A DNA stretch of 63,950 nucleotides, counting the filler, from Hausera hauseri (Eukaryota), in the NCBI GenBank assembly GCA_046269625.1. It is 12 parts of 12 records of this genome, joined end to end, with 100 filler letters (N's around TTAATTAATTAA, not from the genome) between each part and the next. Parts side by side here need not be neighbours in the genome. Positions count along the whole stretch, not along the records: positions 11,668 to 17,423 come from JBJURY010194303.1; positions 17,524 to 25,129 come from JBJURY010005124.1; 10 more parts are not named here. The stretch is one strand, 5' to 3'. A program made the position numbers and the translations under genes. The notes under the pieces were generated by a model. That model had not been told where the DNA came from. It worked only from the letters and a program-made list of their open reading frames with translations, and ran no database searches. Shown in pieces: positions 12,961 through 25,229 of this stretch (the first letter of the stretch is position 1; each line of letters starts with the position of its first letter).

Positions 12961-14789
12961 CCGGTCAGGAAATGAATTTTGTAAATAAATGTCAAATCGT
13001 ACCATATAATTTTCATCGTAATACCTATAGTATTACGGAAAATGTCGAAAATGATATCAAAGACCAATATCGTTGCACCTTCACCAAAATTTTGATATGT
13101 TCAGCCGAACTTTCATTTGACATATTTGTATTCAACATTTTAGGAGAATTGCCTCATGCGAACTCGCCAGTGACTGAGGAAAGCAAATGCAAACCATTAG
13201 TATATGCATCTATTAAATTACTATTATTATTACTGTATTATGATCTAATTGAACCATTGCTCGCGTTATTGATCAAGATTGAAATGTTTCCAGTAATCAA
13301 AAAGCACTTTCCTTTAATATTTCAAAATAAAGTTCAGACTGCACGTGGAAGGATGTTAAACCCCTTTACTCCATAGTCATGCTGAAGCGGCGGCTTATTC
13401 TTCCTTGTCAGATAATCTTGATTATCCACATTTTCGGAGTAGACAAACAACACGACAAGTTAGAAAACGCTCATACATAATTACTCTGGAAGAAATCGTC
13501 TACCTTCTGATTCAAATAAATGATAAAATCCAGTTATTAATATCAACTAGAAATATCAAAGCTATTTCTTGTCATCGCAGTTATTTGATATCATTGAAAT
13601 GTCTTTTCAATAGGACCAATTCGATCTTTTTGTCTAATGTACGTATCATCAAAGATTTTCGTGAATTTAACTGTTACTCAACACGGAAATTTTCAGTTTT
13701 CGCTCCTTTATTTAGAATAATCGAAAATCGGAAATATTCTTGAATTTACAAAATTTCCTGCCTCATTGGAGTTTCAGAAATACGAAAATATTATTAATGT
13801 TTTACAATATTGGCGACACATACCACGACGCAAATTCAGATCGCATTATCAAAGAATAATCCATCGACGACTACTTTCCACATTGTATTAAAACACACCA
13901 CTTTACACCCTAATTTGAACTACTTTATTGAAACCTTTAAAACAGCCTATGACCGTACAAATACCAAATATAACAACTGGATTGTAATGGCAGAACGCGT
14001 TCATAATCGTCAATTTGTTTTAGATCCACCTCTTAAGCAAAAGGTTGAACTCCAAAGTAACCGACCGCTTAAGGAAATGACAAACACCTTCCATCTCAAT
14101 ATAGGCAAACAGGTAAAGAAATTCAAAACCGAAGTTATACAACGTCCAAACATTTTTATTTCTGAACCGTTGAATATGGCAGTACCAAAGCCAACAAAAA
14201 GTGAACATAAATTAAAGAATTTTCAAAAACATAGCATCTACTTCTCATAAGCACTGCTACAATGAGCACCGTTCTTTCGGCCGTACTCGACGTGGAGGAT
14301 TAGATCACCCCGAAATTTCAGCCGTTGCCGTAGGAACGAGAGTCCAGCCATCAACCTTATGCCAGTGGGTTCTTCACCACCGTCCTTGTTGATAGGACAT
14401 CACTTGCTAAGGCCTTTGATACCCCTCATTTTCCTTTTTATTAAATAACTCTTAAATACTAACGCACAATATAACATACCATATAGACGCACTGTACCTA
14501 CACAAATATGTACAACACTTTATTACCCTCCGACTTTTAACCCACCCTTAATAATCTACTACTAGTTAACGCCAATGTTCACAATCTTTCCTTTCCTTTA
14601 ACCCCACATCTCGTTATTTATGTGCACATTCGTATTCGTGGTGGCATGGATTACTACCCTACAATTGATACAACGCACAAAACCCCCACTACACTTATAC
14701 CCGCCACTTTTATTCAAAAATCGACGACTGTCACCACACCATCAACACTTCTTCCAAATGCACAGAGTATTTTATAGACCATGAAAATT

Positions 14790-15600
14790 CAAGCAAAACA
14801 TGGCTTAATTTTCATAAACTTTGGCTGAAGTCCAGTGGCATCAACGATCCATCAGCCAAGGCTGATAGCTTACTTTGTTCCTTACCGACAGCAGCAGAAA
14901 CGTCTATTCATAATTTGTTAGATATATTTCAACAATTTGACCCATGCACCCATCTCTATAACGCAGTATTAAAGCTTACGGAACCATCCATGGATTCTAT
15001 TATACATAGATTCTGCAATGACAATGCCATAGGAACGCAGAAACCGTTCTTGCTCAATTTCAAACAAGGCGTTTCTAAACAACATAATGCTGACCTCTTA
15101 CGACGCTACTTCCTAAACGCATTGCCCATCCAGATAGAGCCTTACTTACCGTCGTCAAGGAATCGACGGCTCTGGATAAATTATCCGAACTGGCAGATAA
15201 AGCATATGAAGTTTCGAACCTATACGCACAGCCCATCATTTCTGCAGCTGTTAACAATAATAATACAGCATTCGAACAACAATTAAATCAACTGCGGGCT
15301 AAAAATGCGACCTTACAAACAATAATTAATAATATTAATAACAGATTAAATGAAATTTCGCTGACACAACAAAGGGGTTTTATACCTAACCGTAATCGTT
15401 CTGTATCCCGTAGTCAGTTACCTTCAACTAGACAATCACTGATTTGCTATTATCACGGTAGATTTGATGATAAAGCACAAAAATACCACCTAGAGTGCAA
15501 ATTTTATAACCAGAAATATCGTACAGACAACACTGTTTTCATACATCATGCAAAATTCAGACATAATGCACGAAGACGCATTCCAGGTTGCACTTTCAAA
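14790..15600 (+). mobile_element. Decayed Ty3/Gypsy (CsRn1-like) gag
   Basis: Across frameshifts: GINDPSAK..LP, IGTQKP, FLNALP, LDKLSELADK, RSVSRS, then CYYHGRF..A.K...ECKF (CHCC-type knuckle). Confidence 0.7.
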
Positions 15601-16497
15601 AACAAATCTCATCATGCGAATGACGAACGCACAACACTCGCTTTTAACATCTGTCCAGGTTCTCCGCTTTCAAAATTCTAACTTCGTTGCCAGAGCTTTC
15701 GTCAGCACTGGCGGAGTCCACTCTTCACTTTCTAATGGCTGAAAATTTTCTTTCCCTATGTTCACATTAAAAGTTTCTACCATCTGTTCATTAAGTTGTT
15801 AATTGAATAGAAAAAACCAGGACATTTTTAGCTGTTTTACGGCAAAAGGCAAATAGAATATGCCTAACATATTTCTAATCAAATTTACCGCAGGCAGAAA
15901 TCTTTTGATTTTACATTTGGCCACTAAAATTATTGAGTCGAACTGAATTCGATTTCCGAACAAATAATCCACGATTTCTGTCATTATAGAAATTGACATG
16001 AAGGAAATATATTAAATACTCATAAATTCACTTAAATATAAACAGATTTAATATGAAAAATTTGCTAATAGTAATTAATAACGAACAAATTTTCAAAGAT
16101 GGTGAAAAAGCATATCAAAAAAGTATAAACAAATTTCAAATTTCAAAACACTATTGTAAATTAAAACAAAAACGTGTCACAATCCACAAAATATAACAAA
16201 AAAGGTCAGTAAATCCGATAAAATAGACGATGACAGCATTGACGGCGCTTCATTCGGGAACGCTAGTCCCATGTTTGTCATAGTAACGGCGATGTTTGAA
16301 GGTAGTGAAATTGAAAGAAATGTTCACCGATCACTAGTTTAGCTCCGGAAAGAGACGATGGTGAAAACTTCAGGTTTAACAAATCAGGTTGCGACAGCGG
16401 CAGTTGTGAATTAAACACAATACCAAGATTGAAATCTAATAAATTAAGAGAAATGTTACGAGAAGGTATAGGTGGTAATGTAGTTAATTAGGAGATA

Positions 16498-17423
16498 TCA
16501 ATCATTTTCCAACCTTTGAAAATAACGGTCATCTTCATTCATTTGAAAAAGAAAATTAAATCGTCGCTTTACTTGTGAATATTGTATTGGTAGTAGATTT
16601 CGTAGATTTCTAAATAATAGTGGCGTTCGTATATTCACAAACAAAGGCTGTTTGGTCCATTGTCCAAAACGTTGTTTGAGCCTCGTTATTATTACTTTAA
16701 TGTTTTTGATTACTTTATCCGAATTGGCAGTCGGTAATTGATCAACAATAGCTACTCCAAATTCAATAATGCTAATCATTTTACCGATTGGTAAATATAC
16801 TTCAATTTCATGATTTTCAATTTGTACGTAGGCACCATTAGCAGGCTTATTGGAATCTAACCAAAGCTTTTTAATGTCGACTGAATTCATTATCGGTACG
16901 GTTAGAATATTCGTGAATTTTTATCTTTCATCAGATTGTATACTTTCGTACATGTGTATGATTAATCTTTAACATTAACGAAAGGTGTTGTTGTTAAACT
17001 TACAGTGGACATTTTCTGGTATGGTGTCTGACATTCTTTGAAATTAAGGGAAACCATTGTATTTTTATTAAAGTAAATTGAATTTTTAATTTTGTAATCT
17101 GGGATAATTGCGTTGATAAATGGTTTTGAAATCATTTAACGTAACCGATTGTGATACATCAAGATAAAATGTTCGATCTGTCAATTTACCGAAGACTTGC
17201 TTCAGTCTCATAAGTAATACATTGACATTAGTAAAAATTTGATTTGAATTCGAACTTAAAGACAATCCAATGAATATTAAACCAAATCCTTGAATGCTGA
17301 CCATTTTTCTATTTGGTAAATATATTTCTATAATGTAATTTCAGTCAGCCAGATTTGCACCCATACGAGGATTTTTCGGGTCGAATCGGAATTTCTTTAT
17401 ATGGACAGGGTTTATTGAAGGTA
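16498..17423 (-). pseudogene. Tandem ~140-150-aa repeat protein, possibly DIX/PB1-like beta-grasp; upstream copy disrupted
   Basis: IKKLWLDSNKP..GA..IEVYLPIGKMISIIEFG..RLKQRFG vs IKKFRFDPKNP..GA..IEIYLPIEKMVSIQGFG..RLKQVFG; both ORFs are in the same frame. Confidence 0.6.
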
Positions 17424-17523
17424 NNNNNNNNNNNNNNNNNNNNNNNNNNNNNNNNNNNNNNNNNNNNTTAATTAATTAANNNNNNNNNNNNNNNNNNNNN
17501 NNNNNNNNNNNNNNNNNNNNNNN

Positions 17524-17780
17524 TTTAATAATCCCAATTTTGTAATATTATTTTCAAATGCGGATTTTAACAGCCGTAATTCCGCTTGATTTATAGTTGC
17601 TGAAAAAAAGAGTAAATTATCATAATCTAGAAAACTCGATTCTGTCAACATTTGCATTAACAACACATTTTTATCACATCCAGATGATTCAATCATCAAT
17701 AATCGAAAATTATTTGGAAACAGTTTATTTTGAAATTCGGTTTTGCTTAAACTTAAAATCATTGCTTTCGGATTATCCAT
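17524..17780 (-). pseudogene. Polinton/adintovirus A32/FtsK-like packaging ATPase, N-terminal part (cut by contig end)
   Basis: FRLLMIESSGCDKNVLL (degenerate GxSGCGKT Walker A), FLDYDNLLFFSATINQ. Confidence 0.75.
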
Positions 17781-17913
17781 TTTTATTGTTTATTTTTATA
17801 ATGTTAATACAACATTTACAAATTGTACATTCACTCCATGTGTATTTATTGTTTAATTTTATAATTGTGCGTCCTGCTTTACAGAATTTACAATCAGAAT
17901 TAATTGAAGACAT
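17773..17913 (-). CDS. 46-aa zinc-ribbon protein overlapping the ATPase start
   Basis: MSSINSDCKFCKAGRTIIKLNNKYTWSECTICKCC...; two CxxC pairs; its stop overlaps the ATPase start (ATGGATAA). Confidence 0.55.
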   Translation of the reverse strand: MSSINSDCKFCKAGRTIIKLNNKYTWSECTICKCCINIIKINNKNG

Positions 17914-17948
17914 TTTTATTGTATACTTTTATAACTCAATGTTAGGAG

Positions 17949-18082
17949 TAGTTTTAAAAGGAGGGTTATATGTCAGTTTTTCAAATTAAAAAAGTTTCAT
18001 GAGCGAGCGGTGATGGGAGCAAGCGAATGAAAAAATTTTTAAAAATTTGAAAAGCCGGCCTATAACCCTCATTTTACAACTA
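17949..18082. repeat. Imperfect inverted repeat / long hairpin between divergent viral gene blocks
   Basis: 39-bp arms at 17949-17987 and 18044-18082 with 33/39 matches; the centre contains GAGCGAGCG..GAGCAAGCGAA. Confidence 0.9.
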
Positions 18083-18260
18083 TTATAAAGATGTGTCAAA
18101 AAAGAAACGTGCATCAACAGCAGCGTAAAACGGAGGCCTACAGTTAAGCGATTAATTAATTCTGTGCTTCAAACAACATCTGCAGTGAGACGCAAATTAC
18201 CCACAAAGTTGCAAGGATTATAAACAACTACGTCACAGCATCAACATTCACTGATAAAAC

Positions 18261-18590
18261 ATGCGTTTCAAACATAGTCAACCGTACTTTATTGCTTTGC
18301 TTAAAGCACCGTCGAGACATAATCTAATCATGCTACGATCATTCCCGCAATTTGTAGTGGACGATTTAATGGAAATTTTGCACAATATTGTTGTGGGTCG
18401 CGTAGACTTTGGTAGTAGAAAGCGGAATTTACTAAAGTATTGAAAACGACTCATTAATCTAGCCAACGTTCGTTGTAAACGACTGAAACGCGAAGTCATG
18501 TATCAGTAAGACGACGGATTCTTTGGCACGATTTTACCGGTTGTCATGTCATTACTGAGTGGTATCATCGATGGCAACAGCTGCATAGTA
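18261..18590 (+). pseudogene. Adintovirus small virion/core (protein X-like) gene, decayed
   Basis: LMEILHNIVVGRV...Q*DDGFFGTILPVVMSLLSG resembles the E...N.L.G / QxGGF..LLP pattern with a protease-site motif and amphipathic tail. Confidence 0.65.
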
Positions 18591-18719
18591 TAAACAATGA
18601 ATGTAAGTATATGTTAATTTGGCGACATGGGTGCATGGTTTTCATCATTTTGTCCTACCTTACCGAATCTTTCATCCACTTTTCGTTCTAATTTTTGTAA
18701 TTCAAACAAAAACGACATT

Positions 18720-21362
18720 GACAATACCGACAACGATAAACGTATGATTCGATCCGCGTCGTTCCGTTTGGTATACTGGCGTCGACAAACTGACAAAGAC
18801 TGTACAGCAGAGTCGACGACAAACCCAACAGTGGCTCGGGAAACAGTTCGCATACAGCCTGAACAAACCGATAAGAAAACGGTTTCCAACTCGTGCATAT
18901 CGAGCTGCAGGCGTAAATAATGTATAGCAAATGGATCTGATGGAAATGATCCCGTACACTAACATTAACGATGGATATCGGTCTGCGCTGATGTGTATTG
19001 ATATGCTTAGTCGTTTTGCACGTGCAATTGCCGTCAAATCCAAATCCGGTAAAGAAATTGTCGACGCTGTTCATACATTATTAAATCAACAACAACCACC
19101 GCCGAAGCATGTGCTGGGACCCGATTGTTAGTTGGGGAATCCGGCAAATAGTCCAATCAGAATTGTTGGTACATAGTGTATGACGTGTGTGTAATAGAAT
19201 GGAATGGGTGTGTTAATATTATATATATTGTACATAATAATTTTAGGTTTATCATGTTAAAATTGTGTGTTGGTGAGGTTCGTTTGAAGAGAATCGTGAT
19301 TGAAAAATGTAATATGTGGGATGTGAAATTAAGTTATGAATTATGTAAACATGACACAATCCCTGTAGACGCTCAAGGAAACAGAGAAAGGAGAGATATG
19401 TATATGGGCATTTATATACGTACGTGTGTATATGTAGATGTACATATGTGGAGATATGTGAATAAAAAAATGATGCAAATGGAAATTTATTACAAATTGA
19501 TTGGAATAAATTGAATGAAGAAATTTAAAATTTGAATAATTTAAATCTTTTGAAAGAAATTTCTGTGATGATTAATCAGCCTAATCAGAGTTGTAAAGAG
19601 TTAATAAATGTCAGCATACGTAAATTCAAATCCCAAAGAAAAAGATGTATTAGAATTCTATGGAAACTGATAATGAATCAATTTGGAATCAAATTCAAAG
19701 CGATGATAGTGAAGAGATTCATTTTATTCTTAGAAAAATGGTTATCTGGGAAATTATCTTACTCTAATGGTGAAGATATTATGCTATGGTTCTTCTATGG
19801 TGGTAATGTAAATGATGCTTTGAGGAACGTTGAGGAACTAATTGATGTTGAGAAACAAATCGGCGTATTGTTAAAGTCAGGTGATGGATTCGAAACTAAT
19901 AATATTGAGACGGTCTACCTCTTGAATTTAAGTATGTCGACCGAACGGTGAAACTTATATCACGGGATAGATGGACGAAATTTATCCAGATTACTACTCC
20001 AAAGAGAACTGATCTTCAAAGGTAATATGAATCACGTTCCTATTCATTCAACCAAGGTGTGCAATAAACGCAATAATTCGCAGTCTATTTTTCAGAGGTG
20101 TTTGTATTATCTCCTTGGTGGTCTCAGTGAAAATATCTTACTAAACCAAACCGTTTTGAGACGCTTTCTATGCAGTCACCGATGGATATCGCCAATTTTG
20201 TTGGAAAGATATCGACTCATTGACCTTTCAGCCGTAATAAACAGTTACCTATATATTGTTGGTGGCCATCAGAATATACAGGAAATGCTGTATAGAGTTA
20301 AAGGTATTGTTGATTATACTTATTTTCGTTGTTCTTTATCTTGTCTCTGGGTTGTTGACAGGGGTTGTAAACAATGTATAGATACGTGCATATTTGTGCT
20401 GATGACTGATGAGGTATATATGGTTGTGTTGGAACTTGAATTTAGGGTTAAGGAGGGAATTATATGTATTGGTCAGCTCCGATTGGGTAAGATATTACAT
20501 AATGTCGTGGATAAAAGACAATTAATTTGGATCAGTAGGAGATATGGGCCCAGTTTAATGAAATGTGTGTTTGTTGGTAAAATGTTAGAAGCTCCTGTGT
20601 CTAGATGAATTTTACGTGCTAACTAGAACTGTCGCTATTTCTGACAATAATAAAGGTTATCTTAGTGCAAATTTATTATATAAAAGTCATAAAGATTTTC
20701 CAACATGTACAATGGATTTGAGTAAAGAATTCTACAACTTCCATGTCGCATCGTTCTTGAACCGGTTTGGTGTAAACCACTATTCTGTGTTTTCTCAATA
20801 CAAGGCTGCAGTCATTGAACGATATAATCGAACGCTGCGCAGTCGACTAAACAAATTCTTTACCAAGCACGGAAATCAACGCTGGGTAGATGTTCTGCCG
20901 GATATTATTCATGCATACAATCATTCGGCACATCGCGGTATCAACGGATTACAGTCTGTTAATGAAACTGATGATTTGTGCATGCAGCTTTATCAGAACC
21001 GAACACAACAACAACAAGCAACACTTAAACGTCCTAAATATAAAGTTGGTGATTATGTACGTATTTCAAAGCTAAGTACAACGCCATTCATTAAGAATTT
21101 CAATCCGAACTTGAGTGATGAGGTTTTTCGAATTTCTGCAATCAACACAAAACACACCCGTTATGTACGTTTTAGAAGACAACGGTGCGGAAATACGTGG
21201 TAAATTATACGAAAGAAATTGCAGGTACTGTATGAGAAACCTGATATGTGTCGTATTCAGGAAATGATACGTTCACGCGGCAAAGGTTCGAATAAACAAT
21301 ATCTCGTCAAGTGGCACGGATACGCCACACAGAGTTGGATATTTGCATCTCAGATTGAATAG
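18720..21362 (+). pseudogene. Polinton/adintovirus retroviral-type (rve) integrase with C-terminal chromodomain, split by an insertion
   Basis: YSLNKPIRKRFPTR, QMDLMEM, CIDMLSRFARAIAVKSKSG..PKHV | D..KEFYN, KAAVIERYNRTLR, YNHSAHR, YKVGDYVRISK, YLVKWHGY..SW. Confidence 0.92.
19112..20705 (-). mobile_element. ~1.6 kb solo-LTR-like insertion inside the integrase
   Basis: Ends TGCTGG...CCAACA (short inverted termini); CATGT duplicated at 19108-19112 and 20704-20708; integrase motifs resume immediately after the insert. Confidence 0.75.
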
Positions 21363-21377
21363 GCGTTTACTTAGTAC

Positions 21378-22419
21378 TTGGCAGTAACAGAACATCATGG
21401 CAACAACAACAATACGGCTGAGCGGTTTAACATGTACTTGGACCAGCCGCTAGATTTACGCCAGGATGCGTGGGAAGTGGATTTGACGGAAATCACATTT
21501 CAATTTTCACCGATATCAATACGTGAGAACAGTGGTGTTTACTTTACTTTATTGGAGAAATCTTCTGCTTCAAGACGTTTGCAGTTAATCCGAGACTCTA
21601 AGCGAACATTTCATGTTTGCAATCATACGAGGAAATTTATATTTCCATATTTATATTTTTTATTTAAACAATCGTTTATTTCTAAAACACCGATATCCGA
21701 TTGAATTGCAATTTAAATCTATAGCTGATGCTCAGTTGTGGGAGTTACAATCTGTAAATGTGCGCTCGAAAGATCTGAATCTATGTGGACATGTCATACC
21801 TAGAGAAAGAAAATTGAACTTTTCCGAAAACATGAAAATCGACATTATGATGAACTGGCAAATGACAAAATCATCCTTTTACTGGTATACTACAGGATAT
21901 GGTTTACTGTTGGAATGGGAAATAGAATTGTGTGTATCCATCAGAGAAGTGGCTAAACTGACTCTAAAGACATTTGGATTAAAGTTCGATGGTTGTATTT
22001 TGTTTACACTACATGATAATGTTACATATTTTGCCTTCGATGAACTATTGATATGGAATCTGGGCTTTACGAAACGAGAATGCGGTCAAACCGGAGACTG
22101 TCGAGTTATTGTCGCGAAATACAAACCGGGAATCTATGGAGCATTTCATCAAATCAACATTTTAACGGGTCTGATCGAACCTGTATTTGTTGGCGGAGAA
22201 CGTATGCAACTACTGGCTTCTATTACACTGGATTCTGACACGTACAAAACATCTGGCGAAACTGCTCACGTTAATATCATCCGATCCATGTATGTATCGC
22301 TATCTCACAATGTTGTGCACAGTGTTTCGGTGCACATGCTACATGAATTTTGGAAATTCGTTAAATTTCTGTTCGGGTCAACGACACATTTGACGCTACA
22401 TTTTTGACGTCGAAAATAA
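21378..22419 (+). pseudogene. Penton / minor capsid protein, copy 1
   Basis: NNTAERFNMYLDQPLDL..WEVDLTEITF at the N-terminus; LIEPVFVGGERMQLL, MYVSL and THLTLHF*RRK at the C-terminus. Confidence 0.8.
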
Positions 22420-22459
22420 ACAAACTGCATCATCATCATCATTACAATCATCAGAGCGA

Positions 22460-23430
22460 ATGAGTCTTTACATGGTGTTACCGAGCAACAGTTGTCCGAC
22501 GACTCGTCTGAACGATTCGGCCAGTCAATACGTTGTAGATTGGGACAATCCGATAGATTTATCCGGATAGTGGGCGGTTGAACTGACAGAATTTAACTTC
22601 CCCTATGCATGGGTGACATTGAAATGCAATAGGAAAATACATTACATTATAACCCACCGGGTCACGGAAAATGAACTATGTCAACTACTATTTGAAAATA
22701 ATAAATTGCGGGCCAGAAAATCTTATGTTTGTGCGAGCGACTTTAATAAGAGTAAATAAGAAAACAAAATCCGTATTATGCTAAAAGATGGTAAAGTACA
22801 GTTGAGTACAAAAGTGAATTAACTGTCCACTTCAATTCCATTGAAGTGGCGAAAAAATTTGGATTCAAAACTACAGAAATCAAAGGTAAAAGCATAGTTG
22901 CTGATGATGCCATCGCACAAAATACATACCTGGGAACATATGTGGACATAATTTTTGGCTGACAAAATATATCAACGGTGCATGATACAACTATCGAGAT
23001 TGACGATAATGTCTATTGCGAATCTGTAGCGGATCTCGTTCGACATTTTTCCGCTAAAATGTACCAATACATATTTAAAGCTTTAACGTCAGATACAAAT
23101 GGCTACATCAAATTCGAACTGTACAAGGACGTTGTCGAACTTTCATTGGATAAAGCTTTGGCCATGGTATTGGGTTTCGAAAAACTGCGGTTTGAGCCGA
23201 ATAATACACATGTTTCGACACTTAAACCCAAACTGAAAAACGGATTACATCAAATGTACATTTGCACGAACGACACCGAACTTATTTTGGTCGGTAAAGT
23301 ACGCCTACCGCTACTCCGTGCAATCTTTCCGGAAAGTAACCGGTATACTGCTGGTGACAACGCCACTGTCAAGCTCGATAATCCAATGTATATACCAGTG
23401 GCATCTACATCTATAAACAATGTTGAAACT
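22460..23430 (+). pseudogene. Penton / minor capsid protein, copy 2 (C-terminus lost)
   Basis: MSLYMVLPSNS..NDSASQYVVDWDNPIDLSG*WAVELTEFNFP; MYICTNDTELILVGKVRLPLLR; PMYIPV. Confidence 0.82.
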
Positions 23431-23790
23431 ATGATTAATTCTCAAATCTTTTCCATTTACAGTGAACCTCAGCAGGGCGGTGAACTGCCGTATTTCGTTG
23501 GTGAACAGTACGGTTTTGGATGGTTGTGTACATTGGTACATTTAGCATTTCCGGTGTTGAAGCGAATTGGAGCCGTGGCAGCAAAAACAGCACAGGATGT
23601 GCTACATGAAGACAAATCGATCCTGCCATCGTTAAAGGAACACGCCCTGGCAGAAATAAAAAGCGCTGCACCGGCAGTCGTTGAAACAGTCAGAAAACAA
23701 TTCATTGGAAGTGGCTTGAGAAAACGACTTAGAGCATCATCGAGCTTTTCAACTATAAACAAAAGTTGTTGTCGTACGATTTTCGACTGA
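23431..23790 (+). CDS. Adintovirus pVI-like membrane-active/core protein, now in frame with penton 2
   Basis: QQGGELPYFVGEQYGFGWLCTLVHLAFPVLK..AQDVL..SLKE..FIGSG: QxGG / QxGxG protease-type sites followed by an amphipathic helix. Confidence 0.7.
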   Translation: MINSQIFSIYSEPQQGGELPYFVGEQYGFGWLCTLVHLAFPVLKRIGAVAAKTAQDVLHEDKSILPSLKEHALAEIKSAAPAVVETVRKQFIGSGLRKRLRASSSFSTINKSCCRTIFD

Positions 23791-23799
23791 TTGATTGAA

Positions 23800-25025
23800 A
23801 ACAAATAGCATCTGCAAAATCTGAATTGTGTATATTCGATAAGGCCGCGCCACAAGTCGTTATTGACAATGCAGCATTTGAGGAAATCTACCCCGCTGAT
23901 TATGTTTCAACGAACGACAACATTGACATTCAATTCAACGTAATGGCATCGGACAATGAATATTTGGATTTGAACGATACGCTACTATATGTAAAAGTCA
24001 TTGGTACAAAGGATGTAACAACGGTTCTCACTGCAACAGATATTGTCTCACCGGTCAATTAATTTTTTTCACACTGTTCCAGGAAGCTTCACTCATTCTG
24101 AAAACTGAAGGCAATACCAGTCTGCATAGTATCAAAACTCTCATTAAAACGGCGGCGAATTACAGTGCAAACATGAAAAAGACTCGTTTTAAAAGCCATG
24201 GGATACGATGCCACAGCGGCAAACCAACAGATATGATTGGCAGAATCAAAAGCATTTACAATGTGTGGACCGCTGTATTTTGACTTTTTCGATCAGCCGA
24301 AATATCTATACCCGGTGTTAAAGCCCTGATTCGGCTCATACCCAGTGAAAATGTGTTTTGTCTGAAGATTGAAGTTTCAAATATCAAACCCGTACTGAAA
24401 ATTACCGAGGCACGAATATACGTTCGTCTCGTAAAGGTAGAATCATCTGTGCTCATGGACATCGATTGGTTTTGGAAATACAAAATGTCTGTTAGCCATT
24501 ACAACGTACAGAACTCGCGTTTTACACCACACCTAAAGGTTCGACATCGTTTTATAAGGACGCGATGTTTGGCGATAAGCGATTGTCACAAATTGCGCTT
24601 GTTACATTTCATACGACTACACAAGAAACCGACAGTTATATTACCGACTCAGAAACGCTTGCCTATAGCAATGTGAATTACATTTGTTTGGGCAAAATGC
24701 AGATTTCATTGAGACGTATCAGTAAAATTTTGAGATCAACGACTATGTTTGCACATACATGCAATCTATCGTTCGCAACATAGGTTTGTTGAACAAAAGT
24801 CTCAACCACGGCATATTGATTGATTTGTTCAAGTCCGCCTATCCGTTCTTTATCTTTGTCTTGTCTCTGGATTATGACGTTAAACAGACTCAACTACCTC
24901 AACTGGGAAACCTGAGACTGGAGGTTCAATTTCCCAAAGCGCTGGAAAAGTCCACCATAATGTACATTTATGGTGTATTTGATGCCGAGGTGGAAATAAC
25001 GAAAAATGAAACCGTCATTGTATAA
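23800..25025 (+). pseudogene. Hexon / double jelly-roll major capsid protein, frameshifted
   Basis: SAKSELCIF..PQVVID..EIYP..IQFNV..EYLDLNDTLLYVK; GPLYFDFF..KYL.PGV; GNLRLEVQFPKAL..IYGVFDAEVEI. Confidence 0.88.
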
Positions 25026-25229
25026 ATAAAATCCACTGTCTCACCTTTTCGGCGTCGTCGTACTATGAAGTAATTTATTGCTATTACTATTACTATACTT
25101 AATTCACATTTAGCTCCACTGAGCTCAATNNNNNNNNNNNNNNNNNNNNNNNNNNNNNNNNNNNNNNNNNNNNTTAATTAATTAANNNNNNNNNNNNNNN
25201 NNNNNNNNNNNNNNNNNNNNNNNNNNNNN

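Noticed and set aside
19176-20608. ORFs of 112, 139 and 193 aa as extra viral genes
   Set aside because: They lie inside the LTR-like insertion, show no motifs and have composition typical of AT-rich non-coding DNA.
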